64,000 nucleotides of DNA. It comes from Pseudodesulfovibrio sp. (GTDB taxonomy: Bacteria > Desulfobacterota > Desulfovibrionia > Desulfovibrionales > Desulfovibrionaceae). The DNA is taken from NCBI GenBank assembly GCA_022712855.1, contig JAFLJT010000320.1, positions 3,915 through 67,914 of the forward strand, read 5' to 3'. A program made the translations under genes and the position numbers. This document shows positions 37,926-47,207 of this stretch, in pieces. The stretch's first letter is position 1; every line of letters starts with the position of its first letter. Under the pieces are notes generated by a model, which had not been told where the DNA came from, searched no databases, and saw only the letters and a list, made by a program, of their open reading frames with translations.

Positions 37926-39458
37926 TTATGCATTTCCTGGTGACACTGATGCGTCATCATGGATGTATTCTTCATATGCCATGGCAAGAATCCGTTCCTG
38001 ATCGAATTCCTCGCGGCCCAGTTCACCCGATATTTTGCCATCAGAAAAGGTGATGATGCGATGGCAGATACCAAGCAGCTCTGGCAGATCAGACGAGATA
38101 ATGATGATCACCTTGCCCGCAGCGGCCAGCTTCCAGAGCAGGAGATAAATCTCATACTTGGCACCCACATCGATGCCGCGCGTCGGCTCATCAAAAATCA
38201 ATACCTCGGCATTGCGATAGAGCCATTTGGCGAGGACGACTTTCTGCTGATTGCCGCCGGAAAGATTGCCCACCCATTGATCAACGGACGGTGTCTTGAG
38301 ATCAAGGTCTGCCGCCAGTTTTTCCGAGACTTGGCGCTCCATATCCTTCTGGATGAAGCCATATTTTGCCACGCCCGGCAGGTCCGTAATGGTCGTGTTC
38401 ACAGCGCAGGACATCTCGAGGATAAGGCCCTGATTCTTGCGATCCTCAGTGAGCAGACAGATGCCGTTTTCCACGGCATCACGCGGGTTCTTGATAGAGA
38501 GAATCTCACCATGCAGCGTAACCGTGCCACTCTCTTTGGCATCCGCACCGAAGATGGCGCGTACCGCGTCGGTCCGGCCGGAGCCGACCAACCCGGCAAT
38601 ACCAAGCAACTCGCCTTTGCCGACCTCGAAAGAAATCGAATGCGCCCCGCCCTTGCAGCGCAGGTCCTGCACACTGAACATAGTTTCGCCCACGACTACG
38701 TCGTCCTTGAACAGGTATTCCTCTTCCATGGACCGGCCCACCATGAGCTTGACGATCTCCGGAATGGTGATGTCACTGGCAATATGAGTACCAGCGTTCT
38801 CGCCATTGCGCAGGACCGAGATGCGGTCGCCGATCTCAAACACTTCTTGCAGGTGGTGGGAGATGAAAATGATAGTGACGCCCTGAGCTTTCAGCTTGGC
38901 AACGATGCCAAACAGCATCGCAATCTCTTTTGATGAGAGGGTCGCCGTGGGTTCGTCCAAAATAAGCACTTTACTTTCGGATGAGATCGCCTTGGCGATT
39001 TCGATGAGCTGCATCTGGGCTACGCCAAGCAGTTCCACCGGCGTCTTGGGCGAGATGTCCAGTCCGACCATGTCGAGCAGCTCCTGCGTCTTGCGATAGA
39101 GCGTTTTGAAATCAACCAGCCCGTATTTTCTAGGCAGGTGGTCGAAAAACATGTTTTCGGCCACTGAAAGATAGGAGAGGAGATTGAACTCCTGATAGAC
39201 GACCCGGATGCCCGCATCCATAGCCTTATGTGGCGTCTGCGGCGCGTAGCTTTGGCCTTGGTACGTCATGGCCCCTTCTTCGGGCATGTAGATGCCGCAC
39301 AGGACCTTGATGAGGCTTGATTTGCCCGCGCCATTCTCACCCACGAGGACGTGAACTTCGCCCTCCCTGATATCGAGATCGACATCGTTCAGGGCGACAA
39401 CGCCCGGGAACTTCTTGGTGATACCGCGAAGTTCTAAAATGTTTTTTGCCATATCCAT
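37926..39458 (-). CDS. rbsA: Sugar ABC transporter ATP-binding protein
   Basis: GENGAGKS, LSGGNQQK, DEPTRGIDVGAK. Confidence 0.88.
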   Translation of the reverse strand: MDMAKNILELRGITKKFPGVVALNDVDLDIREGEVHVLVGENGAGKSSLIKVLCGIYMPEEGAMTYQGQSYAPQTPHKAMDAGIRVVYQEFNLLSYLSVAENMFFDHLPRKYGLVDFKTLYRKTQELLDMVGLDISPKTPVELLGVAQMQLIEIAKAISSESKVLILDEPTATLSSKEIAMLFGIVAKLKAQGVTIIFISHHLQEVFEIGDRISVLRNGENAGTHIASDITIPEIVKLMVGRSMEEEYLFKDDVVVGETMFSVQDLRCKGGAHSISFEVGKGELLGIAGLVGSGRTDAVRAIFGADAKESGTVTLHGEILSIKNPRDAVENGICLLTEDRKNQGLILEMSCAVNTTITDLPGVAKYGFIQKDMERQVSEKLAADLDLKTPSVDQWVGNLSGGNQQKVVLAKWLYRNAEVLIFDEPTRGIDVGAKYEIYLLLWKLAAAGKVIIIISSDLPELLGICHRIITFSDGKISGELGREEFDQERILAMAYEEYIHDDASVSPGNA

Positions 39459-39560
39459 CGCGCTCCCCCTGCGCACACCGTCCCTGAAATATTCTGAATA
39501 ATTAAGATGATGAAATGGCAGCGGACCAGAGGCCCGCTGCCTGAATACTCACAGACAGGC

Positions 39561-40502
39561 TTAGAGATCAGCCTTGGTCACGAGCTTGATGGGGGTCTTC
39601 TGCCAACCGGACAACTTTTCGCCGCCTACGATACGGAAGCCGATCTTGATGGCGTTAGCAGCCATTTCTGGGCCGAACTGGTCGATGGTTGCGAGGCACG
39701 TGCCCTGCTTGATCAGTTCCTGGACAGCACCGATGTTGTCGAAGCCGACGATCTGGATCTTGCCAGTCATGCCAGCAGCGGCGATGGCTTTTTCAACACC
39801 GAGGACCATGGAGTCGTTAGCACACATGACGCCCTGGACGTCCGGGTGCATGGTGAGCAGGTTGGTCATGAGAGTGTTGGCTTCTTCTGTTTCCCAATGA
39901 GCGGTGCGGGAGGTCAGGAGATCCAGGTTGTACTTCTCGATGGAACGCATGAAACCGGCTTTACGCTGCTGAGCATTGTCAGCACCGGGGTTGCCTTCGA
40001 TGATGATAACTTTAGCACCCTTGCCGAGAGTCTTGCCAAGGTAGTCGCCGACTATTTCAGCACCATCAGCATTATCAGGACCGACAAACAGGAAATCTTG
40101 GGGCAGACCAGCTGTCTTCAGAGCTTTCTTGTTCAAGGTGACATCAAAGTTAACGACAGTGATGCCTGCATCAATAGCTTTCTTGACGGGGATAGTCATA
40201 CCTACGGAGTCAGCCGGAGCAACAACGATCAGGTCCACTTTCTGGGCGATGAAGTTTTCCATGGCGCTGACCTGGGTGTCGATGTCAGTCTCGGAATTCA
40301 TGCCAACAGGAATCAGGATGAATGTGCCATCTTCCTTGGCGAACTTACGCGCACCTTCTTCCATGGTCTTGAAAAATTCGTTGGCCAGAGATTTCATGAC
40401 CAGACCGACAACCGGTTTCTCAGCCATAGCAGGAGCGATTGCAACAGTGCAAACAAACGCCAGCGACATTACCGCAACAGTGAGTTTTTTAGCGAAATTC
40501 AT
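39561..40502 (-). CDS. rbsB: Sugar ABC transporter periplasmic binding protein
   Basis: Signal peptide, MKSLANEFF, ANDSM, GFDN; GGAGG RBS. Confidence 0.82.
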   Translation of the reverse strand: MNFAKKLTVAVMSLAFVCTVAIAPAMAEKPVVGLVMKSLANEFFKTMEEGARKFAKEDGTFILIPVGMNSETDIDTQVSAMENFIAQKVDLIVVAPADSVGMTIPVKKAIDAGITVVNFDVTLNKKALKTAGLPQDFLFVGPDNADGAEIVGDYLGKTLGKGAKVIIIEGNPGADNAQQRKAGFMRSIEKYNLDLLTSRTAHWETEEANTLMTNLLTMHPDVQGVMCANDSMVLGVEKAIAAAGMTGKIQIVGFDNIGAVQELIKQGTCLATIDQFGPEMAANAIKIGFRIVGGEKLSGWQKTPIKLVTKADL

Positions 40503-40547
40503 TAGGTTACCTCCAAGTAGTAATGAATGGGTCCAATACAATCGTTT

Positions 40548-40563
40548 GCGCAATCGATTGCGC
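40548..40563. promoter_or_regulatory. LacI-type operator (likely RbsR site)
   Basis: Perfect palindrome GCGCAATCGATTGCGC upstream of rbsB. Confidence 0.75.
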
Positions 40564-40753
40564 GAGTGTTTCCACACTACCTTTTGCGACAATTCTGTCA
40601 AGAAAATGTTGATTATTGCTTACAGGAGACAACAACAATTGTATCTTTGATCTCGCTGAATTTGCATATCGCCTACAGTTTCAGTCAATTATCATACGAA
40701 GCAACAAACCCGTATCAGCATCCCCGCCCCCCTTCATAAAAGGAGCAGCCTCT

Positions 40754-40830
40754 TGTACGCAAAGTGTACGCAAAAGTGCGTACAAAAGTCGGTAGTTTTA
40801 GGTAGTTTTCGGCAGTTTCTAAAAGATACC
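40754..40830. repeat. Right-end module copy 1
   Basis: TGTACGCA x2 + TGCGTACA; GGYAGTTTY x3 at 10-bp period; AAAAGATACC. Confidence 0.8.
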
Positions 40831-40904
40831 GCTGCATCACCACATACTGAAATCTCAGTAAATTTAGCAAGATAGAGCCTCATCTTACAAGCGACACCTT
40901 CTTA

Positions 40905-40949
40905 TTCGTAATCAGTAGGTCGTGAGTTCAATTCTCATTCTTGGCTCCA
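40905..40949 (+). tRNA. tRNA-Thr(CGT) 3' half, att junction 2
   Basis: Same 45-nt fragment with T-stem variant GTGAG/CTCAT. Confidence 0.92.
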
Positions 40950-40958
40950 CGGAATGCT

Positions 40959-40995
40959 AAGGCCCCACAATGACTTATGTCGCTGTGGGGCTTTT
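40959..40995 (+). terminator. Terminator after tRNA fragment 2
   Basis: GCCCCACA...TGTGGGGCTTTT. Confidence 0.8.
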
Positions 40996-41033
40996 CCATT
41001 TGCTTAAAATTGACTCATAAAACCACAAAAATG

Positions 41034-41117
41034 TGTGTACAATTTGCGTACACTTAAACTTTGTCCATCATGATTTCAGCACGTTAGCCTCATCCGCCTA
41101 CTGATTCCAAATCAGTT
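41034..41117. repeat. Left-end module copy 2
   Basis: TGTGTACA-N3-TGCGTACA; TTTCAGcacgTTA; CCTACTGA-TTCCAAA-TCAGTT. Confidence 0.8.
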
Positions 41118-41354
41118 GACCACCCATAGCCTTTCGCACCTCTACCTGCTGTTCACCATCTTCAACAAGAAAGGCACGGTTGAAACGCTAAAGCCACTGA
41201 AAACATTATAACGGCAACAACCAAGCAGATGTGTTGTAATAAACATTCAGGTTTCTCAAATGTGGCCGTCATTCATACTCTCGTCTGCTGTCAAGCTTTG
41301 CAGACTCTCCTGATCCATCGAACGGCCGCACATATGATTGTGGAGGTTTGTGAC

Positions 41355-43772
41355 ATGAAGGCGTTGCTGCTATTTCTCGTAATTTGGAGTCTCGGGTACT
41401 TCCGCGCCAAGTCCTGGATCTGGTTCGTGACTTTGGCCATCCTTCTCGTTTTGGAAACGGTTCTGGTTGGCGTGTATCCGGTACTCATCCTTGGTTGGGC
41501 CATATTTCTCGCTGCATCAGTACTCTTCGGCCTTCCTATTCTTCGCCAGCGATTTATCACTAGTCCATTGTACAACATCATAAAGAGAGCTTTGCCTCCG
41601 GTCAGTAGGGAGGAACTTGATAACCTGGAGCGAGGAACCACCTGGTGGGAGGGTGAACTGTTCAACGGCAGACCAGAGTGGTCAAAATTGCTTTCCAAGA
41701 GTCCACAACAACTGAATACAGAAGAGCAGGCATTTCTCGATGGGCCGGTTGAAGAACTTTGCGCCATGCTCAATGATTGGGAAATTTCCGAGCATCTGCA
41801 TGATCTTCCCCCTGACGTGTGGGATTTCCTGAAGAACAGTGGTTTTTTCGGAATGAATATTTCAAAAAAGTATGGAGGGCTGGAGTTCTCCCCGCTGGCC
41901 CAGTCCGAGGTTATCATGAAGATAGCCAGCCGGAGCGTCGTTGCGGCCGTGACAACCATGGTGCCCAACTCAATCGGTCCGGCAGAACTTCTTTCGCACT
42001 ACGGGACACGGGAACAAAAGAACACGTATCTTCCCCGCCTTGCCGTGGGCAAGGAAGTTCCCTGCTTCGCGCTTACCGGCGTACAATCCGGAAGTGACGC
42101 GGTTTCCCGCACACCGGACACGGGCATTGTGTGCAAAAGAAAGATCAAAGGCCAGGAAACTCTTGGCATCCGTCTCAACGTGGAAAAACGGTATATAACC
42201 CTCGCTCCTGTTGCCACGCTACTGGGGCTGGCTTTCCATCTATACGATCCCGACAAACTCCTTGATGGAATCGAAGACTTGGGCATGACCTTCGCCCTGG
42301 TGCCTGCAAAAACCAGAGGGATCACGATAGGTGACCGCCATAATCCACTCAACGTCCCATTCCAAAATGGTCCCATTCTAGGGAAAAACGTATTCATTCC
42401 CATGGAGCAGGTAATTGGAGAATCCAAGGGCATCGGTCAGGGAAGCAGGATGTTAACCGAATGCCTGGCTGCCGGGCGGTCTGTTTCTCTCCCGGCTCTG
42501 TCTACGTGTGCCGGGAAACTGGCAGCACGAGGCGTCGGGGCATATGCAAGGGTCAGGACCCAGTTCGGACTTCCCATCGGACGTTTTGAAGGCGTTGAGG
42601 AGCCACTGGCGAGAATTGCTGGGCACGCTTACCTCCTGAGCGCGGCACGAACGGTGACGTGCGGAGGGTTGAAGGAAGGCGACAAGCCATTGGTCATCTC
42701 CTCTATAATGAAACTGCATTCCACGGAAATGATGCGCAAGACCGTCAACGACGCCATGGACATCTTGGGCGGCAAGGGAATCAGTTTTGGTCCGCGCAAC
42801 ATGTTCGGTTCGCTCTACCAGGCCATCCCCATCGGCATTACTGTCGAAGGGGCGAACATTCTGGTCCGGTCGCTCATGGTTTTCGGGATAGGTGCGTTAC
42901 GCTGCCACCCGTATCTGGCGCTGGAATTCAAGGCGCTGACCAACGAGGACCGCCGGAAAGGTTTGGGTGACCTCGACACCCTGTTGTTCGCCCATATCGG
43001 GTATTCGGTCAGTAACATGATTCGAACAATCACCCTTGCATTGACCGGGGGAAGATTGACTCGGGCTCCCAAGGGACCAACCAAGGCACTCTTTCAGAAA
43101 GCGACTCGGTTGAGCAGTGGGTTTGCCCTTGTAGCTGACGTGACCATGCTGATGCTGGGCAGTCGGCTTCGTCGAAAGGAGAAGATCTCCGGGCGGCTCG
43201 GGGATGTTTTGAGCTGGCTCTATCTCGTTTCCTGCGTGCTGAAAAAGTATAATGACGATGGCATGCCCAAAGAGGACCTTCCGCTCGTGAAATGGGCTTG
43301 TGCCACTGGTTTCCATGCAGCTGAAGAGAGTCTTTATGCGGTGTTCAGGAATTATCCCGTCAAGATTGTCGGCTGTTTCCTTCGGGCACTGACATTCCCT
43401 CTGGGCAGGGTTTTCCCGGAACCAGGCGACAAGCTGGAACACAGGGTCGCCAAGTTGCTCTTGAGTCCGTCCCCATCACGAGACCGCCTCACCGAGGGAT
43501 TGTATTTCTCCGAACATGCAGACGACAGCCTACGGCTTCTGGACGACGCTCTGGAGAAATCCATTGCAGCTGAAGATGCGGAAAAGACAATTCGCCGTGC
43601 ATCGAAAGACGGGACTATCCGATTCGGCTTCGAATCCGACATGTTGAAAGAGGCACTCTCCAAGAAAATCCTCTCATCAGATGAGGGAGAGATTGTTCGG
43701 CTGGCCGTTGAGGCAAGACGGAAAGTCATCGAGGTGGACGCCTTTCCGCACAATTACTGGAGCAAGGAGTAG
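41355..43772 (+). CDS. fadE: Long-chain acyl-CoA dehydrogenase (FadE type)
   Basis: N-terminal TM segments, MVPNS.GPAELL..YGT, ITVEGANIL, long C-terminal extension. Confidence 0.9.
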   Translation: MKALLLFLVIWSLGYFRAKSWIWFVTLAILLVLETVLVGVYPVLILGWAIFLAASVLFGLPILRQRFITSPLYNIIKRALPPVSREELDNLERGTTWWEGELFNGRPEWSKLLSKSPQQLNTEEQAFLDGPVEELCAMLNDWEISEHLHDLPPDVWDFLKNSGFFGMNISKKYGGLEFSPLAQSEVIMKIASRSVVAAVTTMVPNSIGPAELLSHYGTREQKNTYLPRLAVGKEVPCFALTGVQSGSDAVSRTPDTGIVCKRKIKGQETLGIRLNVEKRYITLAPVATLLGLAFHLYDPDKLLDGIEDLGMTFALVPAKTRGITIGDRHNPLNVPFQNGPILGKNVFIPMEQVIGESKGIGQGSRMLTECLAAGRSVSLPALSTCAGKLAARGVGAYARVRTQFGLPIGRFEGVEEPLARIAGHAYLLSAARTVTCGGLKEGDKPLVISSIMKLHSTEMMRKTVNDAMDILGGKGISFGPRNMFGSLYQAIPIGITVEGANILVRSLMVFGIGALRCHPYLALEFKALTNEDRRKGLGDLDTLLFAHIGYSVSNMIRTITLALTGGRLTRAPKGPTKALFQKATRLSSGFALVADVTMLMLGSRLRRKEKISGRLGDVLSWLYLVSCVLKKYNDDGMPKEDLPLVKWACATGFHAAEESLYAVFRNYPVKIVGCFLRALTFPLGRVFPEPGDKLEHRVAKLLLSPSPSRDRLTEGLYFSEHADDSLRLLDDALEKSIAAEDAEKTIRRASKDGTIRFGFESDMLKEALSKKILSSDEGEIVRLAVEARRKVIEVDAFPHNYWSKE

Positions 43773-43775
43773 CCC

Positions 43776-45125
43776 ATGCCCGTAAAAAGCAGCACACAGA
43801 CGGGTGGATACACCCCGGCAGGCTCCGCGGCCCGAGCAGTGTATATCGTCGACGGCAACCGAACACCGTTTCTGAAAGCACGCGGTAAGCCCGGCCCGTT
43901 TACTGCGACGGATCTGGCTGTGGCTGCGGGCAGAACCCTGCTTGTGCGCCAGCCGTTTTCTCCGAGTGCGTTCGATGAAATAATCCTCGGCTGCATCATC
44001 CCCGGCCCTGATGAAGCGAACATTTCGCGCATCGTCGCCCTTCGCCTCGGGTGCGAAGAAGCAACGCCCGCCTTCACGGTTCAGCGCAATTGCGGCACCG
44101 GAATGCAGGCCCTCGACACGGCGGCCATGCATATCGCCACAGGCCGGGCCGACCTGATCCTGGCGGGCGGCACCGAGTCCATGAGTCACTCACCCCTCCT
44201 GCTGCAAAAACCGATGGTCGCAACCCTTGGCAAATTCTACCGGGCGAAGTCTCCTCTAGGCATTCTACGTGCGGCAGCAGGCATACGTCCCCGTCACCTT
44301 GCGCCAGTTATTTCGCTGTTGTTGGGACTGACCGACGTCACAACTGGACTGAGCATGGGACAGACAGCGGAAAACCTGGCCTATGAATTCAATATCAGCC
44401 GGGAACAGATGGATAGCTATGCCATAGAAAGCAATACCCGTCTGGCCGAAGCACAAGATGAGGGTTTCCTTGAAGAGATCAGCCCCATCTTCGACGCTGA
44501 AGGCAACTACTATGATCATGACGATGGACTCAGGCGTGATACAAACCTGGATAAACTCGGCACTCTTCGGCCCGTATTTGATCGACCTTTCGGCAACATA
44601 ACGGCCGGGAATTCAGCTCAGATAACGGACGGGGCCGCACTGGTCGTATTGGCGAGCGAGGACGCCGTGAAGAAGTACGATCTGCCTATTCTCGGGAAGA
44701 TCATCGACTGCCACTGGTCCGCCCTCAGCCCCGCCCGAATGGGGCTTGGCCCTGTGCACGCTATGGCCGCTTTGCTTCACAACCAGAGACTTGGAACCGG
44801 GGACATCGACTACTGGGAGATCAACGAGGCCTTCGCGGCCCAGGTACTTGCCTGTCTGCACGCATGGTCGAACGGCTCCTTTTTCACAAAAGAACTTGGT
44901 TTCGAGGCCCCTTTCAATCCGATTCCACCCGACCGCCTCAATGTGGACGGCGGGGCTATAGCGATGGGTCATCCGGTGGGCACGAGCGGGGCTCGAATAG
45001 TCCTCCACTTGTTGCACGTCCTCAAGCGCAACAACGCACACCGGGGCGTGGCTAGCCAGTGCATCGGTGGTGGTCAGGGCGGAGCAATGCTGATTGAAAG
45101 AGGTGAGGAGTTAAGCCATGAGTAA
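43776..45125 (+). CDS. fadI: 3-ketoacyl-CoA thiolase (FadI-like)
   Basis: QRNCGTG, NEAFA, GHPVG, CIGGGQG. Confidence 0.85.
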   Translation: MPVKSSTQTGGYTPAGSAARAVYIVDGNRTPFLKARGKPGPFTATDLAVAAGRTLLVRQPFSPSAFDEIILGCIIPGPDEANISRIVALRLGCEEATPAFTVQRNCGTGMQALDTAAMHIATGRADLILAGGTESMSHSPLLLQKPMVATLGKFYRAKSPLGILRAAAGIRPRHLAPVISLLLGLTDVTTGLSMGQTAENLAYEFNISREQMDSYAIESNTRLAEAQDEGFLEEISPIFDAEGNYYDHDDGLRRDTNLDKLGTLRPVFDRPFGNITAGNSAQITDGAALVVLASEDAVKKYDLPILGKIIDCHWSALSPARMGLGPVHAMAALLHNQRLGTGDIDYWEINEAFAAQVLACLHAWSNGSFFTKELGFEAPFNPIPPDRLNVDGGAIAMGHPVGTSGARIVLHLLHVLKRNNAHRGVASQCIGGGQGGAMLIERGEELSHE

Positions 45126-47163
45126 AACTACACCATATCGCCACTGGGCACTTGAGACGGACATGGACGGCTATGCCTGGTTAACCTTCGACAGGGCCGA
45201 CAGTGAAACCAATACGCTCTCCAAGGAAGTGCTGGAGGAATTGGACTCCATCCTGGATGAAATCAAGGCTAGCCAGCCCAAGGGGTTGGTCATTCTTTCG
45301 GGCAAACCCCAAGGGTTTATCGCCGGGGCTGACGTTAATGAGTTCTCGCTGCTTGAAAACCGCGACCAGGCTTTCGAGCTTATCCGTCGCGGCCAAGGGG
45401 TGATGGACAAGATCGAAGCGGCGCCATACCCGACCCTGTGCCTCATCCACGGATACTGCATGGGCGGTGGATTGGAACTGGCGCTGGCCTGTCGGTACCG
45501 CATAGCAATGGACGATCCCCGGACCAGGTTGGGCCTGCCGGAAGTCCGGCTGGGCATCCATCCCGGCTTCGGTGGCACAGTCCGACTGACACGGCTTCTC
45601 GGTCCGGCAGCGGCCATGCGGATGATGCTCACAGGACGCGCCGTGAATGCATTCAAAGCCCGCAAGCTGGGGTTGGTAGATTACATCGTACCGGAAAGGC
45701 TGTTGAAGCAAAGCGCCCGGTCTGTCATTGAAGCGAAACCGAAGCCGCATCGTCCCGGATGGGCTGCAAAGGCGCTGAACCTTCCTTTGGTCTGCAATCT
45801 CGCAGCAAATAGCATGCGTAAAACCGTGGCCCGGCATGCTTCCCGAAAACATTACCCGGCTCCCTGGGCCATGATTGAACTGTGGGAGAATCCCACCGGT
45901 AATCTGAAAAAGCAATATGAAGCGGAAGCTCATTCTGTTGCTGAGTTGGTGGTGAGCCCCACGTCGAAAAATCTCGTCAGGGCCTTTTTCCTGCAAACCC
46001 GGCTCAAAGGATTGTCCAAGGGAACGGAATTCGATGCCCGAAGAGTGCATGTCATTGGAGGCGGAGCCATGGGCGGGGCCATCGCCGCCTGGTGCGCGCT
46101 CCAAGGAATGCAGGTAACGGTCCAGGCCCGACGGCTGGAACAACTCGCCCAAGTGATTGTGAATGCTCGCAAACTATTTGACAAGCGATTGAAGAGACCG
46201 AAGCTGGTCCGGGATGCAATGGACCGCCTGATACCGGATCAGGAAGGACTCGGCCTATCCCATGCGGACGTTGTCATCGAAGCTATTATCGAGGACGCCG
46301 GGGCCAAAAAGGAACTCCTGAAAACGATAGAGCCTCAAATGCGAGACACCGCTTTGCTGGCAACCAATACTTCGAGCATCCCCCTCGAAGAACTGTCCAC
46401 AGTGTTGGAACGCCCAGAGCGTCTGGTCGGCCTGCACTTCTTCAACCCGGTCTCGAAGATGATGTTGGTGGAAGTAGTCAAAGGCACCGAAACAAGCGAG
46501 GGAGTCATTGCCGACGCCATGGCCTTTGTTGGTCGCATAAAGAAGCTCCCCCTGCCGGTGCAAAGCGCTCCGGGATTCCTGATCAATCGAATACTCCTCC
46601 CCTATTTGCTGGAAGCGGTGCTGATGGTTTCCGAAGGAATTCCCGCCGAAGCAATCGACCGGGTTGCAGTCAATTTCGGCATGCCCATCGGCCCGGTGGA
46701 ACTGGCTGACATGGTCGGGCTGGATGTCTGTTTGTCAGTGGGAAAAGTATTTGCAAGCCATCTGTCCCACGAACTCCCGCCTGGATTGGAGGAACTCGTT
46801 GCAAAAGGACACCTGGGACTGAAATCCGGGCAGGGATACTATCGCTACAGGAAGGGGAAGCCGATTCGATCCAAGCAGAGGAAAGTCGGCACGATTTCAG
46901 CCGACATCGAAGGTCGCCTTATTTCCCGGCTGCTGAACGAAGCCGTGGCCTGCCTGCGTACTGGAATAGTAGCCGATGCGGACCTGCTGGATGCAGGTAT
47001 GATCTTCGGAACGGGCTTCGCCCCTTTCCGGGGTGGACCTATCCGATATGCTCTGGATGAAAACATTGAAACCATCGAAACCTACCTGGATGAACTGAAG
47101 GAACAATACGGTGATCGATTTGCTCCTGATCCAGGTTGGAAAGATTTGTCTGAAACACTCTGA
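45118..47163 (+). CDS. fadJ: Enoyl-CoA hydratase/3-hydroxyacyl-CoA dehydrogenase (FadJ/FadB-like)
   Basis: FIAGADV, GGGLE, GLPE, GGGAMG, TNTSS, GLHFFNP. Confidence 0.85.
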   Translation: MSKTTPYRHWALETDMDGYAWLTFDRADSETNTLSKEVLEELDSILDEIKASQPKGLVILSGKPQGFIAGADVNEFSLLENRDQAFELIRRGQGVMDKIEAAPYPTLCLIHGYCMGGGLELALACRYRIAMDDPRTRLGLPEVRLGIHPGFGGTVRLTRLLGPAAAMRMMLTGRAVNAFKARKLGLVDYIVPERLLKQSARSVIEAKPKPHRPGWAAKALNLPLVCNLAANSMRKTVARHASRKHYPAPWAMIELWENPTGNLKKQYEAEAHSVAELVVSPTSKNLVRAFFLQTRLKGLSKGTEFDARRVHVIGGGAMGGAIAAWCALQGMQVTVQARRLEQLAQVIVNARKLFDKRLKRPKLVRDAMDRLIPDQEGLGLSHADVVIEAIIEDAGAKKELLKTIEPQMRDTALLATNTSSIPLEELSTVLERPERLVGLHFFNPVSKMMLVEVVKGTETSEGVIADAMAFVGRIKKLPLPVQSAPGFLINRILLPYLLEAVLMVSEGIPAEAIDRVAVNFGMPIGPVELADMVGLDVCLSVGKVFASHLSHELPPGLEELVAKGHLGLKSGQGYYRYRKGKPIRSKQRKVGTISADIEGRLISRLLNEAVACLRTGIVADADLLDAGMIFGTGFAPFRGGPIRYALDENIETIETYLDELKEQYGDRFAPDPGWKDLSETL

Positions 47164-47207
47164 GAACTTGCAGACGAAAGTAGCACATAACGCCTAAGGA
47201 GGTTCGC

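Larger units (their letters stand above)
34729..40904. mobile_element. Integrase-less cassette 1 (ribose utilisation cargo)
   Basis: Bounded by tRNA 3' fragments; carries conserved left and right end modules. Confidence 0.8.

Noticed and set aside
40845-40860. TACTGA-AATC-TCAGTA palindrome as another core site
   Set aside because: The spacer is 4 nt rather than 7, and it is not conserved in the second right-end module.
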